A DNA stretch of 64,000 nt from assembly GCA_977017575.1 (NCBI GenBank), contig CDRNVI010000019.1, positions 372,001-436,000 of the forward strand, in the 5' to 3' direction. Positions within the stretch are counted from its first letter, which is position 1, and every line of letters starts with the position of its first letter. This document shows, piece by piece, positions 10,470 through 21,700 of this stretch. A program made the position numbers and the translations under genes. Source of the stretch: Paramoeba atlantica. Lineage: Eukaryota; Protista; Discosea. The notes under the pieces were generated by a model. The model was given only the letters and a program-made list of their open reading frames with translations, had not been told where the DNA came from and made no database searches.

Positions 10470-12203
10470 TCAGCGAAAATGTGCGGCCCATGGCTCATTC
10501 CTTTTCTCGAATTTCCCATGTGATGGTGCCGGAGGTTGGGCGCGAAGAGCCTCCTCCTCAGGACTGCTGTCTTCCGCTTTATACTTGTCATTAAACCGAT
10601 CGAATTGTGACTTGATGTTCTCCTTCATGACCTGGCGAGCACCGTATTCAATGCGCAGCTCCTTATACAGCCTATGGATATCAACTCCTTCCTTGGCTAA
10701 AGCCTCCTTATCCAGCGACTGAAAGTGAGATTCACACTCGGCGCTTAAATTAGGAATCTCATCTTCACGAACACGTCGGTCTTGTTTCATAGCTCGCTTG
10801 GCATGGACTTGGTGTTGTGCTTGATCACTGCGGACGCTGTGTTCGTATCCTAGATCCATACGTGAGGTGCCTCGCACGGACGACGTTGTCACGCCCCTAC
10901 CAGACGCCGCAACATCATCCTTCGCCTCAGTGGCACCCTTCTTATCGTTTGTTGATTGGCGTATTTTTCGATTCTCGCGCTCTACTTGTTCCGCCTCGCT
11001 GAGGTATTCGGAATGAATTTCGTTGGCTCTGCGAATCCCATCTTCTTGTTTGGCCATACAATACTCATTCATCATAAAATCTTCATCCGAACCAAACGCT
11101 TTCTGCAAATCCGGCCGATTTAAGAAATCCACTGGGGTACCGTGTTCGTCCTTACAAGTGCCACTGACCACCCGGCCGTTCTCCCAGAACCCCTCAAACA
11201 CGAGTCGAGGCGAGACCTGAAGCTGCTCACTGCGTCCCACGCCCTGCGGTAAGCTCTGAGGGCTGAGCTGGCCTTCATAGGTGTACTCCGCCGTCCGCAG
11301 CTCCCCTTGAGGCAACACCCAATGTAGAAACGACCCACTGTACACATATCCGTTCTCCAGTCGCATCCTCCCATTCCCATGCAACTTTCCTTGGAAAAAA
11401 CTCCCCTCCAGGTAGGCACCCCCAGGGAGTTCCATGCGACCTTTTCCGTGCGGAGCGTTCTGCTGGAACTCCCCCGTATACCTCACCCCTCCGTGAGTAC
11501 ACAGCGTGCCATTCGCGAAGCTCTCATCCACCAGCGTGCCCTTAAACTCCACGGTACCGGCACCCTCCTGCACGACCACCTTACCCTCCACGAGGTCATC
11601 GGAGGCAAAGCGTCCTTCATAGTAGGTCCCATCGGAGAGCCAAGCCCTGCCGGTTCCACTGCGTAGCCAATCGATGTCGTACTCGCCCTGGTAGACGTCT
11701 CCGTGTTCGTAGAGTAAAGTACCAGGTGCAGGGACCTCGTGGTTGTTGTTGTCGTCTTTATCATTTTTCTTATTCTTCTTGTCTTTGTCGTCGCTTCTAT
11801 TTTCTTTACTCGTGCTGTTGATTTCGTCGCTCTCGCTGTTATCCTCGTTTTTGTTGTTGCCTTGATTTTTGCTGCCGCTGTTGTCGTCTTTGTTGTGTTT
11901 TTTATTTGCATTGTTTTCCGTTTTGTTGATATGGAGCTGAATAAATCGACCAACATAAATCCGATCATTGGGTCGTTCCTTGGTTTCGGAATCAGGGAAG
12001 GGGTGAGGGGAGGGTGGGGGGCGTGTCGCATACGTACGGCTTAGGGAGAAGAGGAAGAGAGGCATATGGGTATTGCGGGTAGGGGAAATACGGGTATTCC
12101 GTGAGGAGAATAGGAGCGTTGGACGGGGTGTGGGTGTGTGGTGTAAAGAACAGGAAAGGGTGCGATAGAAGTGTGTCATTTGTTGACGTACTCTGACAGT
12201 CAT
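10470..12203 (-). CDS. MORN repeat protein with an N/D/K-rich insert, possibly mitochondrial
   Basis: Repeated YxGxF/W...GxG units (GDVYQGEYD, RYTGEFQQNAPHGKG, YLEGSFFQGKLHGNG). An alternative start MPLFLFSLSRTYAT at 12065 resembles a presequence. Confidence 0.85.
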   Translation of the reverse strand: MTVRVRQQMTHFYRTLSCSLHHTPTPRPTLLFSSRNTRISPTRNTHMPLFLFSLSRTYATRPPPSPHPFPDSETKERPNDRIYVGRFIQLHINKTENNANKKHNKDDNSGSKNQGNNKNEDNSESDEINSTSKENRSDDKDKKNKKNDKDDNNNHEVPAPGTLLYEHGDVYQGEYDIDWLRSGTGRAWLSDGTYYEGRFASDDLVEGKVVVQEGAGTVEFKGTLVDESFANGTLCTHGGVRYTGEFQQNAPHGKGRMELPGGAYLEGSFFQGKLHGNGRMRLENGYVYSGSFLHWVLPQGELRTAEYTYEGQLSPQSLPQGVGRSEQLQVSPRLVFEGFWENGRVVSGTCKDEHGTPVDFLNRPDLQKAFGSDEDFMMNEYCMAKQEDGIRRANEIHSEYLSEAEQVERENRKIRQSTNDKKGATEAKDDVAASGRGVTTSSVRGTSRMDLGYEHSVRSDQAQHQVHAKRAMKQDRRVREDEIPNLSAECESHFQSLDKEALAKEGVDIHRLYKELRIEYGARQVMKENIKSQFDRFNDKYKAEDSSPEEEALRAQPPAPSHGKFEKRNEPWAAHFR

Positions 12204-12645
12204 TATGGTAGTGTGGTGAGGAATAACGGCGAGTTCGGTCAGGGTGATTGTTTTCTGTGCGAAAAAGGGTCAAAAGACATCGGGCCTCTCTTTCGCAGGT
12301 GCTCTAGCATACCTACCGTGGTTGTTGCATTGAAATAAAAGTAATAAGCAACGATAAAAAGAACGAAAAAATGTGGGAATTCTCGAGGGAGGTCTATTCC
12401 GAAGGAGCAGAAGATCTGTTAATAATTGGCATAGAGTACGATTAAGAAGGTACGGACCCACAACATGTGTGTATTACCGTGCTGGTTACTGTTCTCACAT
12501 TTATCGTAGAAATTATTTTATCATTCACCATGTTTGTGCCTTGCACACTTCTACTCTTCACACCTTTTTTTCTATTTCTATGCCTTGTAAAGTTTACACC
12601 CCGCACTTCTACTGTTATCTAGGGGAGAATCCCACCGTTCTAAAT

Positions 12646-14424
12646 CTACTCTACATTGCTCTCTACACTCTCCATCCAGATTCTCGCATGAAACGTTCTA
12701 TACAAGTTCCGTACGAGCTCCCGAAAATCCAACCGGGTCGCGGATCGATAAAAAATCGTCAGCTTCTTTAAGTCAAACTGAAACTCCGCATCCACAATCT
12801 CCATCCCCAACCCCATCTCCTTCGCCACATGGGTAGCCACCGCCACCGCCTCCATCTCCCTCTCCTGCTGCGGCCCCAACACCTGCCGCACCTCCTCCGC
12901 GGTGGCCTCCCGCTGCACCCGCCCGGACCCCAGCCCCACCCACTGCCCGATCGAGGCCCCGGGCACCGCGGTGGCCACCACAGCGCTCTCTGTGGTCTGC
13001 CAGGTCACAATCACCACCCCGACATCCACCCCGCGGTCCCCGGCCACCACCACGTAGCGCCCCGGGGGGAACCACCCCGTCGCGGTGTGCTGCAGCACCC
13101 TGGCCCGTTTGAACTCCACCAGCACGTGGCACCCGCTGTGTGTTGCCACGCCGCACTCCCCGGTGTCGTGCTCGGATGGGTTTTCGTTGGATGGGTTTTC
13201 ATGAAGCGACGCCCCGGAGTGTACGATCAGGGGCCGGTGGTTGGCGTACTCCAGTCGCAGGTGGGGGAGGAACCGGTAGCGGGGGGTAGTCGTGGGGATG
13301 GGTACAGGCGGGGTCTCTTGAGCCGGTGGAGAGGCAGAAGATGGTGAAGAAGCAGGTGCAGAATCGTTTAACGGTGCAATCGCGGTTTCTGACCTCACCG
13401 CAGTGCTTCTTACCTCCCCGGAGGTACGATCCGTTTTGTGCTCTCCGTTTTTTCCACCTGGTGGTTCAACCCTTGTTTGGTAACGATTCAAGTCTCCACT
13501 CGCCTCTCGATCAAGGTCGATTCTTGCGGTCTCGGGACTGAGGCCTGCTTGGAGGTTTGAGTCCTCACTGGCGGTCGTGTGAAGAAGCGAAAAAGGATTC
13601 GGGGTCGTGTCTTGCTGTTTCGGGCTCTCTGCGCTCATTGGGGCAAAAATGGTCTCCAGCGCCGTAGTGTCCAGCGCGGGGAGTAGCGTCCGGGCGCGTC
13701 GTTTGCCCACACACGGGGGCGAGGCCGTGGGGATCTCCTCCACGGGGTTCCGTTCCGGCGTCGGGGGGACAGCGGGGGTTGGCGGCCCCACAACGCTGCG
13801 GTTCTCGGTGGAGATTTGATCCGAGATGCGGGAATTCAGGTCGCGCCAGGACTCGTCGTCGGCTTGTCGGAATGTGGATTGGGTGGCCGCCTCGAGGGGG
13901 TGGGGGGCACGACGGGGGGGTGGGGTTCGTGCAGCGGGGTGAGAGGGGGCGGGGAGTGCCCCGTGGGGGGGAAACTGTGGGGGACGCATCATGAGGGGTG
14001 GGGTGCGAGCGTAGGGGTGGTCGGTGGGGATGGTGGTGCCGAGTGCGGCCCTGGGGCGACTCATTACGGGGGTCTGGGCTCGCGAGAGATGTGCTGGAGG
14101 AGGAGGAAGAGGGGGGTGCGGTCGTACCCCGGAGGGGGGCCCTGTGGCACGGATGGGAGTGTGATGTAGGGTGTGGGAAGATGGAACGTTAGTGTTGACA
14201 TGCAATTGGGTAAAAACAGAACTAAGACTCTCGTGCAATCGTTGGAGCTCGGCGCGCATTCGTAGACTCCATTCATCGATTTCATTTCGAGCAGCGGCGA
14301 TTTGATGTGTCAACTCATCCCGTACGTGTTGCGAGTCCATTACGTCATTCGGCAAATTTCCCATATAAAATAATCCGTTCTGAAATATACGGTATATGCC
14401 ACGTTTAAGTCTAAGATCCAGCAA
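12646..14424 (-). CDS. PSP1 C-terminal domain protein (kinetoplastid cycling-sequence-binding protein-like)
   Basis: VLVEFKR...GDRGVDVGVV...MEIVDAEFQFDLKKLTIFY...RLDFRELVRNLYRTFHARIWM. First ATG is at 14364; the middle region is Pro-rich and disordered. Confidence 0.9.
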   Translation of the reverse strand: MLDLRLKRGIYRIFQNGLFYMGNLPNDVMDSQHVRDELTHQIAAARNEIDEWSLRMRAELQRLHESLSSVFTQLHVNTNVPSSHTLHHTPIRATGPPSGVRPHPPLPPPPAHLSRAQTPVMSRPRAALGTTIPTDHPYARTPPLMMRPPQFPPHGALPAPSHPAARTPPPRRAPHPLEAATQSTFRQADDESWRDLNSRISDQISTENRSVVGPPTPAVPPTPERNPVEEIPTASPPCVGKRRARTLLPALDTTALETIFAPMSAESPKQQDTTPNPFSLLHTTASEDSNLQAGLSPETARIDLDREASGDLNRYQTRVEPPGGKNGEHKTDRTSGEVRSTAVRSETAIAPLNDSAPASSPSSASPPAQETPPVPIPTTTPRYRFLPHLRLEYANHRPLIVHSGASLHENPSNENPSEHDTGECGVATHSGCHVLVEFKRARVLQHTATGWFPPGRYVVVAGDRGVDVGVVIVTWQTTESAVVATAVPGASIGQWVGLGSGRVQREATAEEVRQVLGPQQEREMEAVAVATHVAKEMGLGMEIVDAEFQFDLKKLTIFYRSATRLDFRELVRNLYRTFHARIWMESVESNVE

Positions 14425-14709
14425 TTAAGCAACATGCTGAATAAGGACCGTATGATTCCTTAAATTTCTTGAATAGGCACATGATATACTGATGATATAC
14501 TGATGATAGATGTACAAGATATGCTGTATATCAATAACAAAGATATACTGTACTAATAGTTTATGTTTTCGTATCAGCAGTACAGATGTAAAATTGTATT
14601 CGCTGTAATGCGTCCTCGATTGTGATAGAAACTTACCGGCAAGTAAACGTCAAGCACGGCCATAAGGTGTATGATTTGCCAAGGTATTGCTGGTGTGCGT
14701 AAGCTAATC

Positions 14710-16701
14710 TTATTTCCCCACCATAGTAGACCACTGTGGTAGATCAAGATCGTCTTCGGGCTCCTCTAACAAGGCTCGGAGCGACACCGGGTTGATACCG
14801 CTGCTCACTCCGCGGGAGAGAACATTGAGCGTGGCCTCCGATGGAGTTGACGCTGTTGGTACGGGAATGGTTTTTCTCCGACGCGAAGATGACCTCTGAA
14901 GTGACTGGGAGCCAACGCTACCTTCTGATCCTGTGGAAGTAAATAACGTGGCACATATACCGCGCCGTGCTTCTCGTTCTGTCCGTCTCTGGTAAAACAT
15001 TTCGTATTCCTGCTCGTGTATATTTTTCTTGCGCATGTATATATTTTCGTCATATTCAATCTCTGGATACACCTGAGCTTTGGAAACCGTAGAACACGTC
15101 GTCGCGTCTGTGAATGTGCTCACGTCGTGATCTGAAGTATACACTGTCTCATCACATTCTGAATCCGGGAGAGAAACAAGATCCCAATCAATTTCTACAT
15201 CTGATTCATTGCCAATTTCTGCCTCATCTGGCATCATCAGCAAAACCTCCGTCGCAGATGTGCTATTCTCTCTAGCTTCTTGAGAAGATATGCATTCAGA
15301 TTGAGATATTTCTTCACTGTTCTTAAGTTTTTCAGAAGCGTACTGAACGTCTTCTTCAGTCAACGACACTTCCGTACCATGAGCATCAACAGAGGCGAAT
15401 ACGTTTACTTCATTTTTTAATACTAAAAGACCTTCCTCGTTTAATTCGGGCTTCTTCAAGGGCTGATAACACGGAAGCTGGTATACTACTGATGTTGCAC
15501 GTCTGTCAACTTCTGTAATCGAGGAATTAGTTTCTGCATCCTCTAGACCCGTTCGCAAGACTGCGGGAATCTCTTCTTGAAATGATTTTGTGAGTGTGTC
15601 ACTCTGAACTCTCGTCATACGAACAAGTTTGTCAAATGAATGTGTGACTTCTTCCCTCAAATCCCAGTAGTTATCCCACAAGACGTTCGTCAAAGGTGAT
15701 TTCATTGAAGCACGTCCTATTAAGGTTTCGCGTAAATCAGCACGCAAACGTTGCAGCCGTTTTTCACCGGATTCTATTTTCTCTCTAAGATGGCGTACTT
15801 GGTCCAAATTTTTTAGTTTTGGAGGAAGGCTGAAAGCATTTTCTTGATTCGATGCATCTTTTCCATTCGCTATTGCGGTCGGCGTCTTCGCAAACTCGCG
15901 CAGCCGTTCCAACAAAGTATTCTCTGACATAAGTATCAGTTTGCCAAGACGTTCGATTGAACACGTATACCCAGAGCTTCTGCAGGCAATAAGTAGTGCG
16001 GTGGCAACAATTCCCTGCGGTCTTCGGCCGTAATCAATCCATTCTTTGCGCATAGTAAGAAGCACACTATGCGCTTTTTCTATCACGTGGATGCGTTGAG
16101 AATCTTCCAAGTCCAAGTGCTGTGCTAAACGTTCTAAATACAAACTTGGATCAGTCGGAGGAATATTTAGGTCAAGTAGACCGCAAAGACGACAGTAAAT
16201 TCGATTAAACTTTCCCAATTCAACCCCCGATCCTTCCACGAATTGGTACATCACATGATTAGTATTCTGCAGCCGACATGCAATATATAAACATACAGAT
16301 AGAGTAGTGGATCTCTTCACCTGGTTGTGAATTCCTCGCGAGAGCATCATTCCGTACAGACGCATGGCGACTTGTTGTACTTCCGGGGACGTTTGATATT
16401 GGTGACACATGCTTTGAAGTTCGCGTCTTGCAATTAAAATACTTGATCGTCTGTTCTCTTCGGAAATGCTGTGATCGTATCCCGTTTCATATACTCTTTG
16501 TCTGGGCTGAAATCTACTAAATGATTTTTGGTGCATCTTGGCAGGATGTCCCTCCTCCCAGTTCACCCGCTCTGTGCGTAAAATATTATCCCCCACAACT
16601 TGTCCACAAGCCCCACAGATTGTATGTCCACGTTGAGTATCCTCTTGCTGATCAGCAGGCAAATGTGGGCAATCACGCGCTCCTTCACCCGAATGGTCCA
16701 T
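14710..16701 (-). CDS. BRF1: TFIIIB subunit BRF1 (TFIIB-related factor)
   Basis: Zn ribbon (CPH...TICGACGQVV), cyclin folds (VCLYIACR, DPSLYLERLA, GRRPQGIVATALLIACR, RLREFAKTPTA) and an acidic C-terminal extension. Confidence 0.85.
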   Translation of the reverse strand: MDHSGEGARDCPHLPADQQEDTQRGHTICGACGQVVGDNILRTERVNWEEGHPAKMHQKSFSRFQPRQRVYETGYDHSISEENRRSSILIARRELQSMCHQYQTSPEVQQVAMRLYGMMLSRGIHNQVKRSTTLSVCLYIACRLQNTNHVMYQFVEGSGVELGKFNRIYCRLCGLLDLNIPPTDPSLYLERLAQHLDLEDSQRIHVIEKAHSVLLTMRKEWIDYGRRPQGIVATALLIACRSSGYTCSIERLGKLILMSENTLLERLREFAKTPTAIANGKDASNQENAFSLPPKLKNLDQVRHLREKIESGEKRLQRLRADLRETLIGRASMKSPLTNVLWDNYWDLREEVTHSFDKLVRMTRVQSDTLTKSFQEEIPAVLRTGLEDAETNSSITEVDRRATSVVYQLPCYQPLKKPELNEEGLLVLKNEVNVFASVDAHGTEVSLTEEDVQYASEKLKNSEEISQSECISSQEARENSTSATEVLLMMPDEAEIGNESDVEIDWDLVSLPDSECDETVYTSDHDVSTFTDATTCSTVSKAQVYPEIEYDENIYMRKKNIHEQEYEMFYQRRTEREARRGICATLFTSTGSEGSVGSQSLQRSSSRRRKTIPVPTASTPSEATLNVLSRGVSSGINPVSLRALLEEPEDDLDLPQWSTMVGK

Positions 16702-16911
16702 AAATGCAAGTTGTAACTATGCGTAATTGTTCTAAAAAGAACTCCAAGTTTTGATGCAAGCACTTCAATATGTAACCTGTAAAATAATGGATATTACAAA
16801 ATGTCGATTTTTGAAATTTTTCCGACACCCCACTGATATTTGCACCTTCGAATCAAAGAATCCGAGGACGAGGGCATAAAACGTCTGGGATGTATATGAT
16901 ATCGGTACAAT

Positions 16912-18198
16912 TCATGAGTACTCTGTCTTTAATTCCGATATCCTCTCACGAAACTGGCCAAAATGCTTGAGCTCTAGTTCTAACCTTCTCGTAAGAAGCA
17001 ACGTTTGATGTCCCTTGACCAGCAAAGTTCGTAATCTATGCATAGCCTCACATATTGAAATCGAACATACGGTAATTCTGCCCTCAAGTTTCCGGGCTAA
17101 AAGTTTATCAATTTCTTTTTGTACGTGGCTATACTGACGGTGCGGAGCAGGAAACAGAAACTCTTGAGAAAGGCTAAATGTTCCTCGTCGCCTAGAAGAA
17201 AGTGTCGGCAAAATAACTTTTACACTAGAATTCAGAGATGTGCTATGCTCAGCTATATCATCGAATGATTTAGACAGACTTTCTACCCGATCCATATGCT
17301 CTCTAAACTTCGTGCGTAGATCATTCAATGCCGTCTTGAGAGGATGTTCGTGAAACGGGCTATGTGCTACTAGGCTCTGTGGCACAGTATTCTTCTCCTT
17401 CTGAACAGTTTTCCATTCACGAACACGCTTTTCCCAAATAGCATTTTCCTGGTCCATTCGAGAGGTATTTGCATATTTCTGAATTTGGAACTCACTAGTA
17501 CCTGAGTACTTGTCGACTTCTTCTTCTCTTTGATTAGCGTCGTGCTCATGTGATTCATACTTCTCCAGCGGATGAAATAAGCTGTTCTTACATGTATGTG
17601 AGCCAAGAAGAGAGCGCACCAAAGTGCATGAAAACAATGCCAAACTATCGGCGGACTCACATTTCCCCAACCAACTGTGTTCGCGCTCTTCGATTCCATG
17701 ATATTCTCTTCGGAGCCAATGAATTCTGTCGTATATGATCTCCCATCTCATATTAAGAGCACTTATGGCATCCAGAATAAATGCTACATCTCGTTTTCCA
17801 GTGTCATCTACACTGTTTGACATGATGTTTTGGTTCTCGCTACGTTGTTGCAGCAATAGGTTTTGTCTGTGTAAGCGTCTATCATGGCAAGAATCACAAT
17901 TTAGATTTTTACCAGCGTTTGTTACAGGGGTCCAGTGAGATGCGTAATGATTGTCAAACAAATGCAGTACGAGGGCCCACTTAGAGGCAAGAGTATTATC
18001 AAACTGTGGTCCTGTATTAGCTCCTCGAGAGTGTTGAATCCTCTCATCTGACATGGTATGCTTGATCTCTTCCCTCAACTTGTTTAAGGCTGCGACGTCG
18101 CATCCTGATTGCATCTCCTGGTCTTTCAAGAGCCTCAAAACCTCGCGCTGAGCAGCGCTATGTCTTTGCGTATGATCTGTTTTTCGGGAGCGTTTCAT
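16912..18198 (-). CDS. Hypothetical coiled-coil-rich protein (428 aa)
   Basis: Long co-oriented ORF; no family recognised. Confidence 0.65.
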   Translation of the reverse strand: MKRSRKTDHTQRHSAAQREVLRLLKDQEMQSGCDVAALNKLREEIKHTMSDERIQHSRGANTGPQFDNTLASKWALVLHLFDNHYASHWTPVTNAGKNLNCDSCHDRRLHRQNLLLQQRSENQNIMSNSVDDTGKRDVAFILDAISALNMRWEIIYDRIHWLRREYHGIEEREHSWLGKCESADSLALFSCTLVRSLLGSHTCKNSLFHPLEKYESHEHDANQREEEVDKYSGTSEFQIQKYANTSRMDQENAIWEKRVREWKTVQKEKNTVPQSLVAHSPFHEHPLKTALNDLRTKFREHMDRVESLSKSFDDIAEHSTSLNSSVKVILPTLSSRRRGTFSLSQEFLFPAPHRQYSHVQKEIDKLLARKLEGRITVCSISICEAMHRLRTLLVKGHQTLLLTRRLELELKHFGQFRERISELKTEYS

Positions 18199-18361
18199 TG
18201 AAAATAAGTATTCAAACCAGATGAAATGTATAAAAACGCGCTATACTTCAGAACTACATGAATGTACACAACTACATACGTTAGAGTAGAAAATAGCTTC
18301 GTGAAAATCACATCGTACGTGGAGCTACTTTATTTGCACAATGCTAATGGAAAGTGTATTA

Positions 18362-18672
18362 CACCCCCTTTCATTAATAATGATAATTGAAAAAAGATTT
18401 TCACCTCGGACTGTGAAAATTACTCAAAATTTATCAAAAAAAATTCATTCCATCGTTACTCCTCCATGTCACCTCGAGGTTTTTTCCATCATCTCTTAAA
18501 TTTTGTCTTGTTTTTTCCCTTCGTAGACAAAGAATCATACTACACAGATGTATGTTTGTTTCTGATCACCCCTTATTGCGTTCGTAAATAACGATAATGA
18601 TAATAATAATCTCAGTTCTGATAATCTCAGAAACATTATTATTATCATTATCATTATTTATGAGAGGGGGTG
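18362..18672. mobile_element. 311-bp Tc1/mariner-type MITE with TA duplication
   Basis: TA|CACCCCCTTTCATTAATAATGATAAT ... ATTATCATTATTTATGAGAGGGGGTG|TA; related ends occur at 45237-45594. Confidence 0.8.
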
Positions 18673-18745
18673 TACATCTATAGGTGTAATATGGTGTATT
18701 ATTTATAGGTATCTACCCTTCCTAATTCAGCATGCAGATACCACA

Positions 18746-21700
18746 TCATGAGGAGCGACGAAAGACTTGTCCATTAAGAAGATAATACATTTCTACAAGT
18801 CTCGCTTTGTTCACAGTATAGCTCTGCATCGATTTACCCGACAGTTTGTTACCTAAACAGATCGGCTCATCGTTTAGACTTTCTAATTCCACGGTCTCAA
18901 GCGTACTAGAGCCGTCTACACATTTTTCAATGCCGGGTAACGCATCGGTTATAGCCGTGAGAAGTGACCTTTCCAAACTAATTTCCGCGCGTACGTACGC
19001 TTCTAAGATGAGGTTCATATCACTTTCATTCAAGGTGCGAAACAAACCTGCAATTTTTGCGCTCATGGAAGCGAAATAGAATTTCGGAACAAATCCTAGT
19101 TCCTGAAAAATTCTTATGGAGAAAATAACTTGAGATGCCTCAAGCTCCATACGGAGTGTTGTAAGTCGCATCGCCATTGCACTAAAGAGCGTAATGCTCC
19201 AGAAAAAGTGTCGAATGTCACTGTAAAGAAATAATAACTTTGAAGTTTGTGATGCGTTGCATCGGGTCACTACCTTGCATACGGTTTCCTGCAGCTCGAA
19301 AAACCATGTCTCAGCATGCGGTATCTTTAACTCATGTATACTGGACAATACGTTACATAATGTATCAGGAACAAGTTGATCTGAAACGTCAAGTACGGAT
19401 TTCCTCATGGAAGTCCAATCTATAGCTTTTACTATTTTTCTCACGTCAATTTCTTTTTCAAAGTTTACCTGTGAGTTCTCAGTGGTACATAAGTAGGAAG
19501 CATTGCCATTATCCGGGTCAATAGTGCATTTCGTGAACAAGAGCAAGTTTTCAAAAAAGTCAGTGATGGCTTGAAGCCCCATGTCCCTTGTATTTACGCA
19601 CGACAATCGCCTTAATAGTGGTTCTAGGATACCGACATCCTTTATTCCAGAAAGCAAGCATGATTTGAAAAAAATAGAGGCACTTTGGGCAGGTATATTC
19701 TCGCATGATTCAGAAGCCACTCTTGCAACAACAGTCGCTATATTCCTGAAGCTTTTCAATCCGTCAAAATCTTGCTTTTCCGCAATTTGGTTAGGATGAG
19801 AACTATGACACACACGTGCGCGCACTGCTTTACATGTCTGATCAATAATTTGCCCTGAAAAGGATACAGCAAGAAGTTGCTTTGCAAGCGACATCTGCGC
19901 GCCGTGTGCTAATATTTGTTCTGAAATAATTAAGACATTTCTGGTGGGGTATCCTTTCATTCTTGACAATAAGCCTAGAATGAGAGCCCCTCCATCAGGA
20001 GATAATTGATGCGGCATCAGCGCATTCATACGGCGGGAAATTTGTAATAGCAGATCTGGGTAAGGTTTATGACTGGACTTCAAAACAAAGAAAAGTATAG
20101 CGATGTCGAACCCCGAAGCCTCTTTGACACCAAGGAGTATAGCTTTAGAAAGTGTAGCGGAATATTGACCCAAAAAGTCAGTGCCTAAACGGCTGAAGCC
20201 GTATAGAATTCCAATTATTTCGGACCACTGCATGGAAGAGCACAGGACCTGAGTTCGGCGCATTAGTGACGGTATTATGTTCGAAAGACGAATTTTGGCC
20301 TTGAACAAAGATCTTGATATTACTCCTGCGGTCTCAATACTGTTCACACTGGGGGACCAAAACATGCTTTCGTCTGAATTAGTCGGCAATTCTGAGGCAA
20401 GAATAATCACATCCAAACATTGTATTACGTGTTTAGCGCTCATGTAAGCCACATAACGGTGCACGTGTGGTAGAATTCTTCCTACAGACGTTACAATAGC
20501 TTGAGCATGCCTTGTGCCGATGGTTGCTCCTGTAATTAAAGCGCGCAAGAAACAAACGGCATGCTGAGCAATATCGATATTGGACGGAAAATCGATTATG
20601 ATAGCCGTTACCGCTAATACAAATGAATTCACCTCCATTGCGAATTTGGCGTCCTCATTAATCAAACTCGAAGACAACAAATTAAGCTTTGTAACCTCAG
20701 TCGACTGAGACTTTGTAACATCTTTCGTCGTAGGCCTGCGACACAAAAGTATGCCGCTGGTCAAAACAGTGTCAATAATTTTGTCCAGAGTAGGAGTTAG
20801 TCTACCCAATTGATCCGATGTATAGAATCGAATATGTTCTATGGCCTTCCTTAACAGAATAGGATAAGCAGAATTCATGTCCTCACCTTCTGCTTTACAA
20901 TCGTCACCTGAATAAACCATTCTTTCTCTTTCTAAGCTGAGCATACTGTGTGTTGTAGGGATCTTAACAAATTCTAGTATCTGACACAACATATCAGCAT
21001 CATGGAATCCCAATCCCTGTGATGTGGTTAAGTCCTCAACGCGGCGAACACAAGCCTTAAATAGCGAAATGGGTATCCTTCGAGTGTATGTGCATTGCAA
21101 AAAGTTTTCGCTTTTCACTTGACATTGTTCGGAAACTTGCAAAGATGCTTCCGGACCATTATGTGTATTCCACTCATGCATAATATTTCGCAGCTGTACA
21201 GAAGATGCATTATAAACCGCGTAAAGCATTCTTTCTAATACGGGTTCATTCAACTGTGTTTTGTTGTCGTTCATGAACAAACTGGATAGTTCAAATGGCA
21301 AAATGCGTTTCATGGGGCCCACAAGGAGTTCCATGTCGCTGGCGGATATAAGAGAGTCAGCTTGAAGAAGTGAATGCGTACCCTTTTCCATATCACTAAA
21401 TTGCAAGCACTTGGTTAATCTTTCGAAAACAAGCTTCTTGGCGGTTTCATCCCACTCCCCACGTGTGAAACTGACAAGAGAAATAATTTTAAGCAAAGTT
21501 GAAAGATCATCTGGCAACTTATGAACCATACTGTTGATAAGAATGCGTAATAGTCTTTTGTCTGCTATCCCACAGGATAAATATCCAGTCATGACGGTCA
21601 AATGAACTTGCGGTGTAAATTCAGTTGGCCAAAGAGCACATAAATGCGGAAATATTTTCAGACATGGGATGTCTATATTAGATTTTGCTGACTTGCCTAA

